Sequence record: OP380604.1
DNA length: 64,000 nt
Direction: 5' to 3' (one strand)
The notes under the pieces were generated by a model. It was given only the letters and a program-made list of their open reading frames with translations. It was not told the origin of the DNA and did no database searches. Positions 42,655-49,717 of this stretch are shown here, piece after piece (within the stretch, counting starts at the first letter, position 1; every line of letters starts with the position of its first letter). A program made the translations under genes and the position numbers.

Positions 42655-42863
42655 TTTACACTCTATAAACCGTATGCTATCATTATCACATGCTCTTAAA
42701 GTAGAGCATAAATAAAAGATAGTTTACAGCGTTGATAAAACGTGATACAATCTTTATAAGGCTCCGTTCAGCAATCAAAACTTTTCTGCGGATGAAAACA
42801 AAAAGTGAGCCTGTCAAAAATTTAAGAAGCTTTGTTTACAGTCACTAAATAGTAGTGTATAGT
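42655..42863 (+). promoter_or_regulatory. three tandem early/sigma70-type promoters driving the tRNA array
   Basis: TTTACA-17-TATCAT (42655), TTTACA-17-TACAAT (42723), TTTACA-17-TATAGT (42835); each has TG just upstream of the -10. Confidence 0.85.
42759..42813 (+). ncRNA. helix-CAGCAA RNA 1
   Basis: AGGCTC/GAGCCT helix with TTCAGCAA on the 5' side; starts at the predicted TSS. Confidence 0.55.
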
Positions 42864-42874
42864 AAACAAAGATA

Positions 42875-42938
42875 GGAATGAGTTCAGCAACACTTAAAAA
42901 AGCAAATTATTGGAAATATGCCTTAAAAGTTCATTCCG
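42875..42938 (+). ncRNA. helix-CAGCAA RNA 2
   Basis: GGAATGAGTT/AGTTCATTCC helix then CAGCAA; follows the third promoter. Confidence 0.55.
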
Positions 42939-42963
42939 TTTCTTATTTGAAAGTCGTTATTGC

Positions 42964-43045
42964 GGAGGTGTGGCTCAAAGGTTGAGCGGCAGACTGTTAA
43001 TCTGCGGGTAATAACCCTATGTTGGTTCGAGTCCAACCTCCTCCG
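42964..43045 (+). tRNA. tRNA-Asn(GTT) with long variable arm
   Basis: GCAGA-CTGTTAA-TCTGC, G73, GGGT-AATA-ACCC extra arm. Confidence 0.88.
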
Positions 43046-43070
43046 CAATGATGATTTAAAGATTTGTCAA

Positions 43071-43180
43071 TTGGAACATTGCAGCAAACAACACTTATTT
43101 TTCCTTTCACGAAAAACGATGAGGTTCGATTCCTCAGCTCGCGACAAACGAGTCCTCGGACGGTAGAAACAGTGTTCCAG
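43071..43180 (+). ncRNA. circularly permuted tRNA-like RNA (YrlA/Y-RNA architecture)
   Basis: 11-bp closing helix, CAGCAA, anticodon-like arm (TTC), T arm, capped acceptor, D arm, in that order. Confidence 0.7.
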
Positions 43181-43184
43181 ATAT

Positions 43185-43259
43185 AGCCGTGTAGCTCATT
43201 GGTAGAGCACTCCCCTGATAAGGGAGGGGTAGACAGTTCAACTCTGTCCACGGCTACCA
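43185..43259 (+). tRNA. tRNA-Ile(GAT)
   Basis: CTCCC-CTGATAA-GGGAG, CCA. Confidence 0.94.
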
Positions 43260-43387
43260 AATTCAACAACAATGAGAGAATAAAATGAATCTAATAATCC
43301 CGGTATTGTTCTTGTGTGATAACGATCATCAAGACTGTCACCCAGATGGATGTTTTTATTGTTCGCATTATTATTTGTAGTTTAAAC

Positions 43388-43462
43388 GGTGTATTAGTAT
43401 AATGGCTATTATTCGTGACTGTCTATCACAAGATACGGGTTCGATTCCCGTATACACCGCCA
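43388..43462 (+). tRNA. tRNA-Asp(GTC)
   Basis: loop CTGTCTA, G73, CCA. Confidence 0.92.
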
Positions 43463-43536
43463 GATTTTCTGCCTAGCAGGAAAGAAAGAACTTACCCGAC
43501 AAAAGTTTAGTTCTTAGTTCTTTGAATAGTTTGACT

Positions 43537-43680
43537 GGATTCACTTCTGCAAACACATACAAACTCGAAATCTACTATTAATGGATAGCACTCCTTTACT
43601 TCGGTACTTGGATGTGCGGCTGAGAGGGAACAGCATATAAAAGTAACGCGGGTTAGTCACCGCTCCCGTATGTGAATCCG
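43537..43680 (+). ncRNA. helix-CTGCAA RNA 4
   Basis: GGATTCAC/GTGAATCC helix followed by TTCTGCAA. Confidence 0.5.
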
Positions 43681-43748
43681 AAGACTTGCGATAATCACTT
43701 GCAAATAGTGATTATTCTAATGTATACTTTCGAGTATCTATTAGAATC

Positions 43749-43824
43749 GGGGGTTTAGCTCAGTTGGGAGAGCAACTGGTTTGCAACCAGTAGGTCAAGG
43801 GTTCGAATCCCTTAACTTCCACCA
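43749..43824 (+). tRNA. tRNA-Ala(TGC)
   Basis: ACTGG-TTTGCAA-CCAGT, G3:U70, CCA. Confidence 0.95.
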
Positions 43825-43831
43825 AATTTAA

Positions 43832-43906
43832 GCGGGATTAGCTCAGAGGTAGAGCGTCAGCCTTCCAAGCTGTTCGTCGCCGATTCGAATTCGGTATCCC
43901 GCTCCA
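43832..43906 (+). tRNA. tRNA-Gly(TCC)
   Basis: loop CTTCCAA, U73, CCA. Confidence 0.93.
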
Positions 43907-43912
43907 GACATT

Positions 43913-43987
43913 GTGCCGGTAGCCAAGTGGTAAGGCAAGTGATTGCAAATCACTTTATCGTCTGTTCAAATCAGATCCGGTACTCCA
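43913..43987 (+). tRNA. tRNA-Cys(GCA)
   Basis: AGTGA-TTGCAAA-TCACT, U73, CCA. Confidence 0.93.
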
Positions 43988-44123
43988 TAATTGAGGGTCA
44001 ACGATGTTGATTAAATCGATTTTAAAGATGTATACTGATAACTGTTGGCGTTGTGGTTATTACGGCAGTAAATGCATTTGTGATAGTCCATACGCTTGAT
44101 CAAACAACATTGAGAAATAAGTT

Positions 44124-44549
44124 ATGAGCTTACCTAGTTATGCGCTGTTCATGAAGAACGGCGATTGTGTTGGGTCATGCTTTATCAACTGCGGTTGGTG
44201 GCATGATGAACCTCGCACACTGAAACAAATAATTCGTTATACCGAAACCGATGAATGTCCTATTGACTATGATAGCGTAATCGCGTATGGTGTTACGTAT
44301 AGCAATGACTTAGAATTCGAGCTTCTGAAAGCAGAAGAAACGGAAGCTAAGTTAAAAGAGATCGCTGAAAATAAGCGTAAGCAAAGTTGGGAAGATTTAC
44401 ATCAGAAGATGATCGAACGGATGAAACCGATTGATCGAATGCTTCCTGAATTGATTGCTGCTGAAATATACGGAGTTCAGCCAATGAATGAACATGTTCC
44501 TAACGTTTTTTCGTTGAAGGTAGTTTACGGCGATGATATTTCTTGCTAA
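44124..44549 (+). CDS. hypothetical protein
   Basis: ORF within the tRNA array; C-terminal EIYGVQPM segment resembles major-capsid-derived peptides seen in small T4-like ORFs. Confidence 0.7.
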   Translation: MSLPSYALFMKNGDCVGSCFINCGWWHDEPRTLKQIIRYTETDECPIDYDSVIAYGVTYSNDLEFELLKAEETEAKLKEIAENKRKQSWEDLHQKMIERMKPIDRMLPELIAAEIYGVQPMNEHVPNVFSLKVVYGDDISC

Positions 44550-44733
44550 GATACGTTATATGAAAAGCGAATACATGGGTTCATCTAAATCATTCGATAC
44601 CATTAAACTGGTAGAAGCAGAAGATGCAGACGAGGCCGATAGCAAAGTTCGCGAATATTACAACGACAAAAGTTCAGATTATGGCACATATTATTCTGTG
44701 CTGGATGTTTCGATTGAAGAACCGATTAGGTGA
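44533..44733 (+). CDS. hypothetical protein
   Basis: overlapping co-oriented ORF. Confidence 0.65.
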   Translation: MIFLAKIRYMKSEYMGSSKSFDTIKLVEAEDADEADSKVREYYNDKSSDYGTYYSVLDVSIEEPIR

Positions 44734-44736
44734 ATT

Positions 44737-44925
44737 ATGAGTAAAGAAATTCGAATGAGGTTTACATTAAAAGAACTGAAACAAATGATTGAACTTGCGG
44801 AAACCAATAACACAACTCTCGTTGATGTTGGTTATACCCCGGGTAGTATCAGTTCTATGGTTAGAGCTAAACCTGTTGTTAAAGATGCCGAATTCGTAGA
44901 CATTACCGATTACGATAGTTGGTAA
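44737..44925 (+). CDS. hypothetical protein
   Basis: AGGTG SD, co-oriented. Confidence 0.65.
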   Translation: MSKEIRMRFTLKELKQMIELAETNNTTLVDVGYTPGSISSMVRAKPVVKDAEFVDITDYDSW

Positions 44926-44935
44926 AAATAATTAT

Positions 44936-45006
44936 AGGGGCGTAGCAAATCGGTTATGCGGCGGATTCCAAATCCGTTGAGGTGGGTTCGACTCCTACCG
45001 CCCCTG
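44936..45006 (+). tRNA. tRNA-Trp(CCA)
   Basis: GCGGA-TTCCAAA-TCCGT, G73; 3' CCA not encoded. Confidence 0.9.
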
Positions 45007-45015
45007 CAAAATAAC

Positions 45016-45091
45016 GCGCCGTTAGCTTAGTCGGTAGAGCATCGGACTTTTAATCCGAGGGTCGGTGATTCGAGTTCACCACGGCGCACCA
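45016..45091 (+). tRNA. tRNA-Lys(TTT)
   Basis: TCGGA-CTTTTAA-TCCGA, CCA. Confidence 0.94.
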
Positions 45092-45303
45092 AATAGTCGA
45101 GTCATGTTGTTAGTCATGACTAACAATGTGGCGACAGGCTATAAAAAAGCGATAGATTGAAGAAGGGGCGAATAACTTAAACGTTACTATTGACTTCCTC
45201 GCGCTTCTGTTACTGCGGCTTATGAGCGGTGGTAATAGTTAAATCTCTTTACAACACCAAGTGTTGATTATTGCCTCGGTATCTGATACTCTGGATACCG
45301 TCT

Positions 45304-45378
45304 AGTGAATTAGCTCAGAGGTAGAGCAAGTGCTTCATACGCACTGGGTCACTGGTTCGAATCCAGTATTCACTACCA
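45304..45378 (+). tRNA. tRNA-Met(CAT), elongator (or Ile2)
   Basis: AGTGC-TTCATAC-GCACT, CCA. Confidence 0.9.
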
Positions 45379-45420
45379 AATAATCGCGCTTAAACCGCTG
45401 ATTCACGTTTAAGCCTTCTC

Positions 45421-45494
45421 GGGGACGTAGATAACTACACAATCGCAGGTCACTGGGATCTGAGATACGGGTGGAAATCCCGTCGTCTCCACCA
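45421..45494 (+). ncRNA. atypical tRNA-like RNA with Ala acceptor identity
   Basis: GGGGACG/CGTCTCC-ACCA (G3:U70, A73), T loop TGGAAAT, D loop without GG, loop CACTGGG. Confidence 0.65.
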
Positions 45495-45502
45495 AATATA
45501 AG

Positions 45503-45621
45503 TGCATTGCCCTAAACATCATTGGACGAGATAAGCCCTCGTATGGAGCCAACGAGCCGCAAGCTTGTAGCAATCAAAGGCTAGTCAGTGGGTACTACCT
45601 GACGGGGATCGCGACAGTGCA
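45503..45621 (+). ncRNA. structured RNA candidate
   Basis: TGCATTG/CAGTGCA closing helix with ACGAG/CTCGT and GTCAG/CTGAC hairpins. Confidence 0.4.
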
Positions 45622-45665
45622 TTTAAATTTGGTACTAAATAGACTTGCTATTAAAGGAGTTTATA

Positions 45666-45905
45666 ATGAGTAATGATTTAGACGCTCGCGCCAATCGTGG
45701 CTCGGGTAATCAATGCAGCAAAGCATGGTACGACGCTCCATTGTGGAAAAACGTTGGTCCACTTGCTAGAAAGAAAGCAGCGGAAGCCGCTGAAAAAGAA
45801 AAACAAAAAGATGTTTACTCTACTGCGGAAACATGCGATAATGTTCCTGTTGTTGAAGAAGACTTAAAAGCAAAACAAAGACGATTGTTTAGTTTCGCTT
45901 ACTGA
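45666..45905 (+). CDS. hypothetical protein (late promoter ACTAAATA at 45634)
   Basis: AAGGAG SD. Confidence 0.75.
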   Translation: MSNDLDARANRGSGNQCSKAWYDAPLWKNVGPLARKKAAEAAEKEKQKDVYSTAETCDNVPVVEEDLKAKQRRLFSFAY

Positions 45906-45909
45906 CAGA

Positions 45910-45985
45910 TCTCCGTTCGTCTAGTGGACTAGGACACTGCCCTTTCACGGCGGTAACATGGATTCGAATTCCATACGGAGAACCA
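45910..45985 (+). tRNA. tRNA-Glu(TTC)
   Basis: CTGCC-CTTTCAC-GGCGG, CCA. Confidence 0.93.
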
Positions 45986-46005
45986 AATTGATTAGTGCGC
46001 TAAGA

Positions 46006-46079
46006 TGCGAGTTGGAGGAGAGGCCGTCCTCGCTGGGCTCATATCCCAGAGATCACCTGTTCGAATCAGGTACTCGCTT
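46006..46079 (+). tRNA. initiator-type tRNA-fMet(CAT)
   Basis: CTGGG-CTCATAT-CCCAG (three G-C pairs), 1:72 mismatch; U73 and no CCA, possibly degenerate. Confidence 0.8.
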
Positions 46080-46104
46080 CTTAGCGTACTAAATAAAGAA
46101 TAAT

Positions 46105-46196
46105 GGATGTGCTGCAATGACGGTGGTATTGCACCAGACTGTAAATCTGGCCCCACAGGGTAAACATTGTAGGTTCGACTCCTACCGCATCCACCA
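46105..46196 (+). tRNA. tRNA-Tyr(GTA)
   Basis: CCAGA-CTGTAAA-TCTGG, long variable arm, CCA; late promoter ACTAAATA at 46088. Confidence 0.92.
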
Positions 46197-46202
46197 AATT
46201 TC

Positions 46203-46274
46203 GCCTCTATAGCTCAGTGGTAGAGCAACTGCCTTGTAAGCAGTAGGTCCTCGGTTCGAGTCCGAGTGGGGGCT
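46203..46274 (+). tRNA. tRNA-Thr(TGT)
   Basis: ACTGC-CTTGTAA-GCAGT. Confidence 0.92.
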
Positions 46275-46358
46275 CAGTAAGAGGGATCCAGATGCCCCGT
46301 TTGCAGCATCTGGTATGTAACTCGTTACATAAATGCTTTCTTTCGAGTGATCATTTAT

Positions 46359-46434
46359 GTGACGGTAGTTCAGTTGGTAGAACTCCAGGTTGTGATCCTG
46401 GTAGTCACGGGTTCGAAGCCCGTCCGTCACCCCA
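46359..46434 (+). tRNA. tRNA-His(GTG)
   Basis: CCAGG-TTGTGAT-CCTGG, C73, CCA. Confidence 0.93.
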
Positions 46435-46439
46435 ATCAC

Positions 46440-46515
46440 GGGTCCTTAGCTCAGTTAGTAGAGCATATGCCTGAAGAGCATAGTGTCCTCGGTGCGATTC
46501 CGAGAGGGCCCACCA
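46440..46515 (+). tRNA. tRNA-Phe(GAA)
   Basis: TATGC-CTGAAGA-GCATA, CCA. Confidence 0.93.
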
Positions 46516-46540
46516 GTTTAATCGCTTTGAAAGGTGAAAT

Positions 46541-46646
46541 CGCTAATGCTTTTAAGTGCAATGAGATAACTTCTCGAAAGTCGGGATATAGATTGCCCCG
46601 TCGGTATTGATTTCATGTAGAGTTCGATTCTCTACCTTAGCGTCCT
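46541..46646 (+). ncRNA. tRNA-like RNA (acceptor and T arm, non-tRNA core)
   Basis: CGCTAA/TTAGCG helix plus GTAGAG-TTCGATT-CTCTAC T arm. Confidence 0.5.
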
Positions 46647-46662
46647 ATTATAAAAGAATATT

Positions 46663-46739
<77 letters not shown>

Positions 46740-47025
46740 GAGTTGCCTGTAAAGGCCCGTTAAAGAGAATGCTAACAATGTCCTAGGAAACTTTGTTAGA
46801 AGTCCAGCTGAAAATTCCCTCTCCCGTTTTGAACGGTGATGCGATTTAAGGGGCGAGTGATTCACTTGTGGATCATTTCAAAGTATTCTAATATAGAGTT
46901 CTTTGAATTGATTCAAGCGTTGCATCGTTTGAATATGTGGAGTTACCTTAGTAGGCCGTAGAGATACGTTGTCCGAAAGATAAGACGATGATCCACGTTA
47001 AACGTTCATATTCGTCCCAGTTTAT

Positions 47026-47101
47026 AGGGGATTCGCCTAGTTGGCCCAAGGCACCGGGTTTGATCCCGGTATCACAAGTTCGAATCTTGTATCCCCCGCC
47101 A
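47026..47101 (+). tRNA. tRNA-Gln(TTG)-like with a 6-nt anticodon loop
   Basis: CCGGG-TTTGAT-CCCGG; G73, CCA. Confidence 0.75.
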
Positions 47102-47240
47102 AATTTAGCTTGCAAAGGCTAAAATGAGCTGCTATGATTCCCGTAGCTCGTTAAATTATCAAACGGGAAGGTGATGCGCGTATGTAGCCAGAACGTAATG
47201 TTCAAGAGTCATGACGACATAGAGCCGTGTCGAAGAATTT

Positions 47241-47332
47241 GGAAGCGTGGCAGAGTATGGCTTATTGCAACTGACTTGAAATCAGTCAGTCGAGAAATCG
47301 GCCCGTGGGTTCAAATCCTACCGCTTCCGCCA
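47241..47332 (+). tRNA. tRNA-Ser(TGA)
   Basis: ACTGA-CTTGAAA-TCAGT, long variable arm, G73, CCA. Confidence 0.94.
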
Positions 47333-47356
47333 AATCAAACAATAGAGAGTTATATT

Positions 47357-47578
47357 ATGAAAGCGACAAAACAAGATCTTGAACTAGCATCCCGTTTCGC
47401 TGATAAAGCTGATTCATACGGTTTCGCTACTACTCAAGGTGATGCCAAATGTACCAATCAACAAATCGAAAAGCTGCTAAAGCTTGGACTGATTAAAGTT
47501 ACTCGCGGTGTTCACTGCATTGGTCAGAAAGATTTTGGTGGTTTTGTTCGAAGAGGCACTCACTATTGCAAAGCTTAA
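47357..47578 (+). CDS. hypothetical protein
   Basis: MKATKQDLE start after GAGAG SD (the longer track ORF overlaps tRNA-Ser). Confidence 0.7.
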   Translation: MKATKQDLELASRFADKADSYGFATTQGDAKCTNQQIEKLLKLGLIKVTRGVHCIGQKDFGGFVRRGTHYCKA

Positions 47579-47688
47579 AACGAGAGATCGAGGAAAATGT
47601 AAGAGCCTCGTTCGAGTTATCCGGCAAGCGTGTTACTGATTCTCAATGGGAACAGATTAAACGAGTTGCTGAATACATCAAAGAACAT

Positions 47689-47776
47689 GGAGAAATGACA
47701 GAGAGGCCGAACGTAGCGGATTGCTAATTCGTAGGCCCGCAAGGGTCCGTGGGTTCGAATCCCACTTTCTCCTCCA
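47689..47776 (+). tRNA. tRNA-Ser(GCT)
   Basis: loop TTGCTAA, long variable arm, CCA. Confidence 0.9.
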
Positions 47777-47778
47777 AT

Positions 47779-47856
47779 GCACCAATGATGGGAATTGGTC
47801 TACCTGGCTGATTTAGATTCAGTCGCTTCTCGGTTCGAATCCGAGTTGGTGCACCA
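47779..47856 (+). tRNA. tRNA-Leu(TAG) with short variable loop
   Basis: GCTGA-TTTAGAT-TCAGT, A73, CCA. Confidence 0.88.
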
Positions 47857-47902
47857 AATAAATTGGTAGCCGCATACGTCTAAATAATACAAATAAAGTA
47901 TT

Positions 47903-48631
47903 ATGGAGAACGTTATGGCTACTCATAGAAAACCGGAACAAATAGAAACTACCGATCTTTGTAAATATGGATGCGGAAATATCGCAAAATATAAAAGTGT
48001 TGGTGGGAATCTGATGTGTGAATGTTCGTCAAATAAATGTCCGGTTAATATAAAAAAGAATTCAGAAAAACTAAAAGCACTATATGATTCTGGTATGAGA
48101 AAATCCGGAGCGGAGCTGTATAAATCTCTTAGCCACGACATCAAAACTAGAATGTCGTGGAGTAAAGGATTAACAAAAGAAACCAATTCCGAACTGGAGA
48201 GACCAACTTTGGTTGGTAAACGGTTTGGTGCATCATTGTACGGCCACACAGAAGAATCAAAGCGCAAGATTTCCATAGCCAGAACGGAGTGGCTAAAGAA
48301 GACTGAAAACCGAACGAATCTTGGAAGATTCAAAAAGTCTTGGATGGAAGAAACATTTGAATCGTATCTAAATGAAAATAAAATTACGGGTTGGATAGCA
48401 GAGAAACACTTCTACTCTCCTGTTACAAAGAAAAATTATTATGTTGACTTTCTCTTTCAAGAAAAGATGCTTATATTAGAATTGGATGGAACCCAACATA
48501 GAAAGTCTATAGAACATGATAAACAAAGAGACTTGTGGTTCAATAGTATTGGATACAAAGTTATAAGAGTTCCGGTTGACGAATTCAAACGGAGATTTTT
48601 CTCCGGGGTTGGGTTTATCGATCTACTGTAA
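47903..48631 (+). mobile_element. free-standing homing endonuclease (NUMOD3-like plus DUF559/Vsr-like nuclease)
   Basis: GHTEESKRKISIAR, YYVDF..ILELDGTQH..HDKQRDLWFNSIGYKVIRV; late promoter TCTAAATA at 47879. Confidence 0.8.
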
Positions 48632-48640
48632 TAAATAAAA

Positions 48641-48662
48641 GGGAGCTTCGGCTCCCTTTTTC
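48641..48662 (+). terminator. intrinsic terminator
   Basis: GGGAGC-TTCG-GCTCCC plus T-run. Confidence 0.88.
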
Positions 48663-48676
48663 ATTAGGAGTATAAT

Positions 48677-49063
48677 ATGAGTTTCAAAGAGTTTAAAGGC
48701 GATACAAACTCAAGTGTTGGCGAACTAATTTCCAAGCTTCTGAAAAGCGTGGCATACGTTCATCACCAACACCTGACTACTACTATCTATAGCCGTCACA
48801 AAGCGCTCCAAGCGTATTACGAAGAACTTCCAGAGCTGATTGATAGCTTTGCAGAATGCGCTATCGCTCGTGGATATGCTCAGAGTTTTACAGCTACTCA
48901 TGCGGAAGTTGAAGTTGAAATGATGATTGACAATTTCCTGCAAGAGTGTACTATGGTGCATGAGTATTTGGAGACTAAACGCCATTTCGATCTGGTGAAT
49001 ACACTGGAAGATATCATGACGTTTTTGACTTCGATTAGATACAAATTGAATCTTAAAGGTTGA
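48677..49063 (+). CDS. ferritin-like four-helix protein (DUF5856-like)
   Basis: VHHQHLTT..YSRHKALQAYYEELPELIDSFAE..NTLEDIM..YKL. Confidence 0.7.
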   Translation: MSFKEFKGDTNSSVGELISKLLKSVAYVHHQHLTTTIYSRHKALQAYYEELPELIDSFAECAIARGYAQSFTATHAEVEVEMMIDNFLQECTMVHEYLETKRHFDLVNTLEDIMTFLTSIRYKLNLKG

Positions 49064-49103
49064 CTATCATTAGGAACTGTGTAATAATGGTTCCTATAAA
49101 CAT

Positions 49104-49178
49104 GGCCCCGTAGCTGGAGGGTTCAAGCTGGCAGCTCATAACTGCTTGATGTGGGTTCGATTCCCACCGGGGCCACCA
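49104..49178 (+). tRNA. tRNA(CAT), Ile2 or Met
   Basis: GGCAG-CTCATAA-CTGCT, CCA; own TTGACT..TAATAAT promoter at 49060-49088. Confidence 0.9.
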
Positions 49179-49199
49179 AATTCATCTGAGGAAATAATC

Positions 49200-49406
49200 A
49201 TGTTTTATGTTGTAATTCGTTCATTCTTTGATATAGAATACGGTGGAGAATACAAAGAGTTCTATGCCGTTCGTACCGACAAAAAGGTTGCTGAATCCGT
49301 TGTTGCTCGCGCTAGTGCTGAGTATGCCGAGAAGGGATATAGTGAAAGCTACCGATTCTCGATAGAAGAACATACCGAAGAAAGTTTTGTGGATTTGGAC
49401 ATATAA
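49200..49406 (+). CDS. hypothetical protein
   Basis: GAGG SD; MFYVVIRS start. Confidence 0.7.
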   Translation: MFYVVIRSFFDIEYGGEYKEFYAVRTDKKVAESVVARASAEYAEKGYSESYRFSIEEHTEESFVDLDI

Positions 49407-49717
49407 TGCATTATTACGACTTTGACAAACAGAAAAACATCCGGGTGTCTCAGTTTCAACGTCTTTATCTCGCACGTAAGTTCCATAACGGAGCTCGCGT
49501 TTGTCGTTACATCAACGAAATGCACCAACAAAACAGACTTGTTTATGTTGCGGAGTCGCCGTTTAACGCCGTAGAAGATAAAAAGATGTTGATTGCTTCT
49601 GTTAGTGAGTTCGCATTCAGGAGAGAACTAGCTAGACAGAAAGACGATTTCAACTTTAAAATGCACCAAGCTTTACATCAAGCTAACTGGGAATACGAAC
49701 ATGATTCTGATGATTGA
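49406..49717 (+). CDS. hypothetical protein
   Basis: coupled ORF. Confidence 0.7.
   Translation: MHYYDFDKQKNIRVSQFQRLYLARKFHNGARVCRYINEMHQQNRLVYVAESPFNAVEDKKMLIASVSEFAFRRELARQKDDFNFKMHQALHQANWEYEHDSDD

Noticed and set aside
43098-43136. ordinary or pseudo tRNA-Glu
   Set aside because: No 5' acceptor or D arm upstream; those arms occur downstream of the T arm, so it is treated as a permuted RNA. The true tRNA-Glu is at 45910.
45421-45494. tmRNA gene
   Set aside because: The ends look like tmRNA but the element is only 74 nt with no tag ORF or pseudoknots; no second piece was recognised.
47171-47356. N-terminal part of the 135-aa track ORF
   Set aside because: Overlaps tRNA-Ser(TGA); the start at 47357 has an SD.
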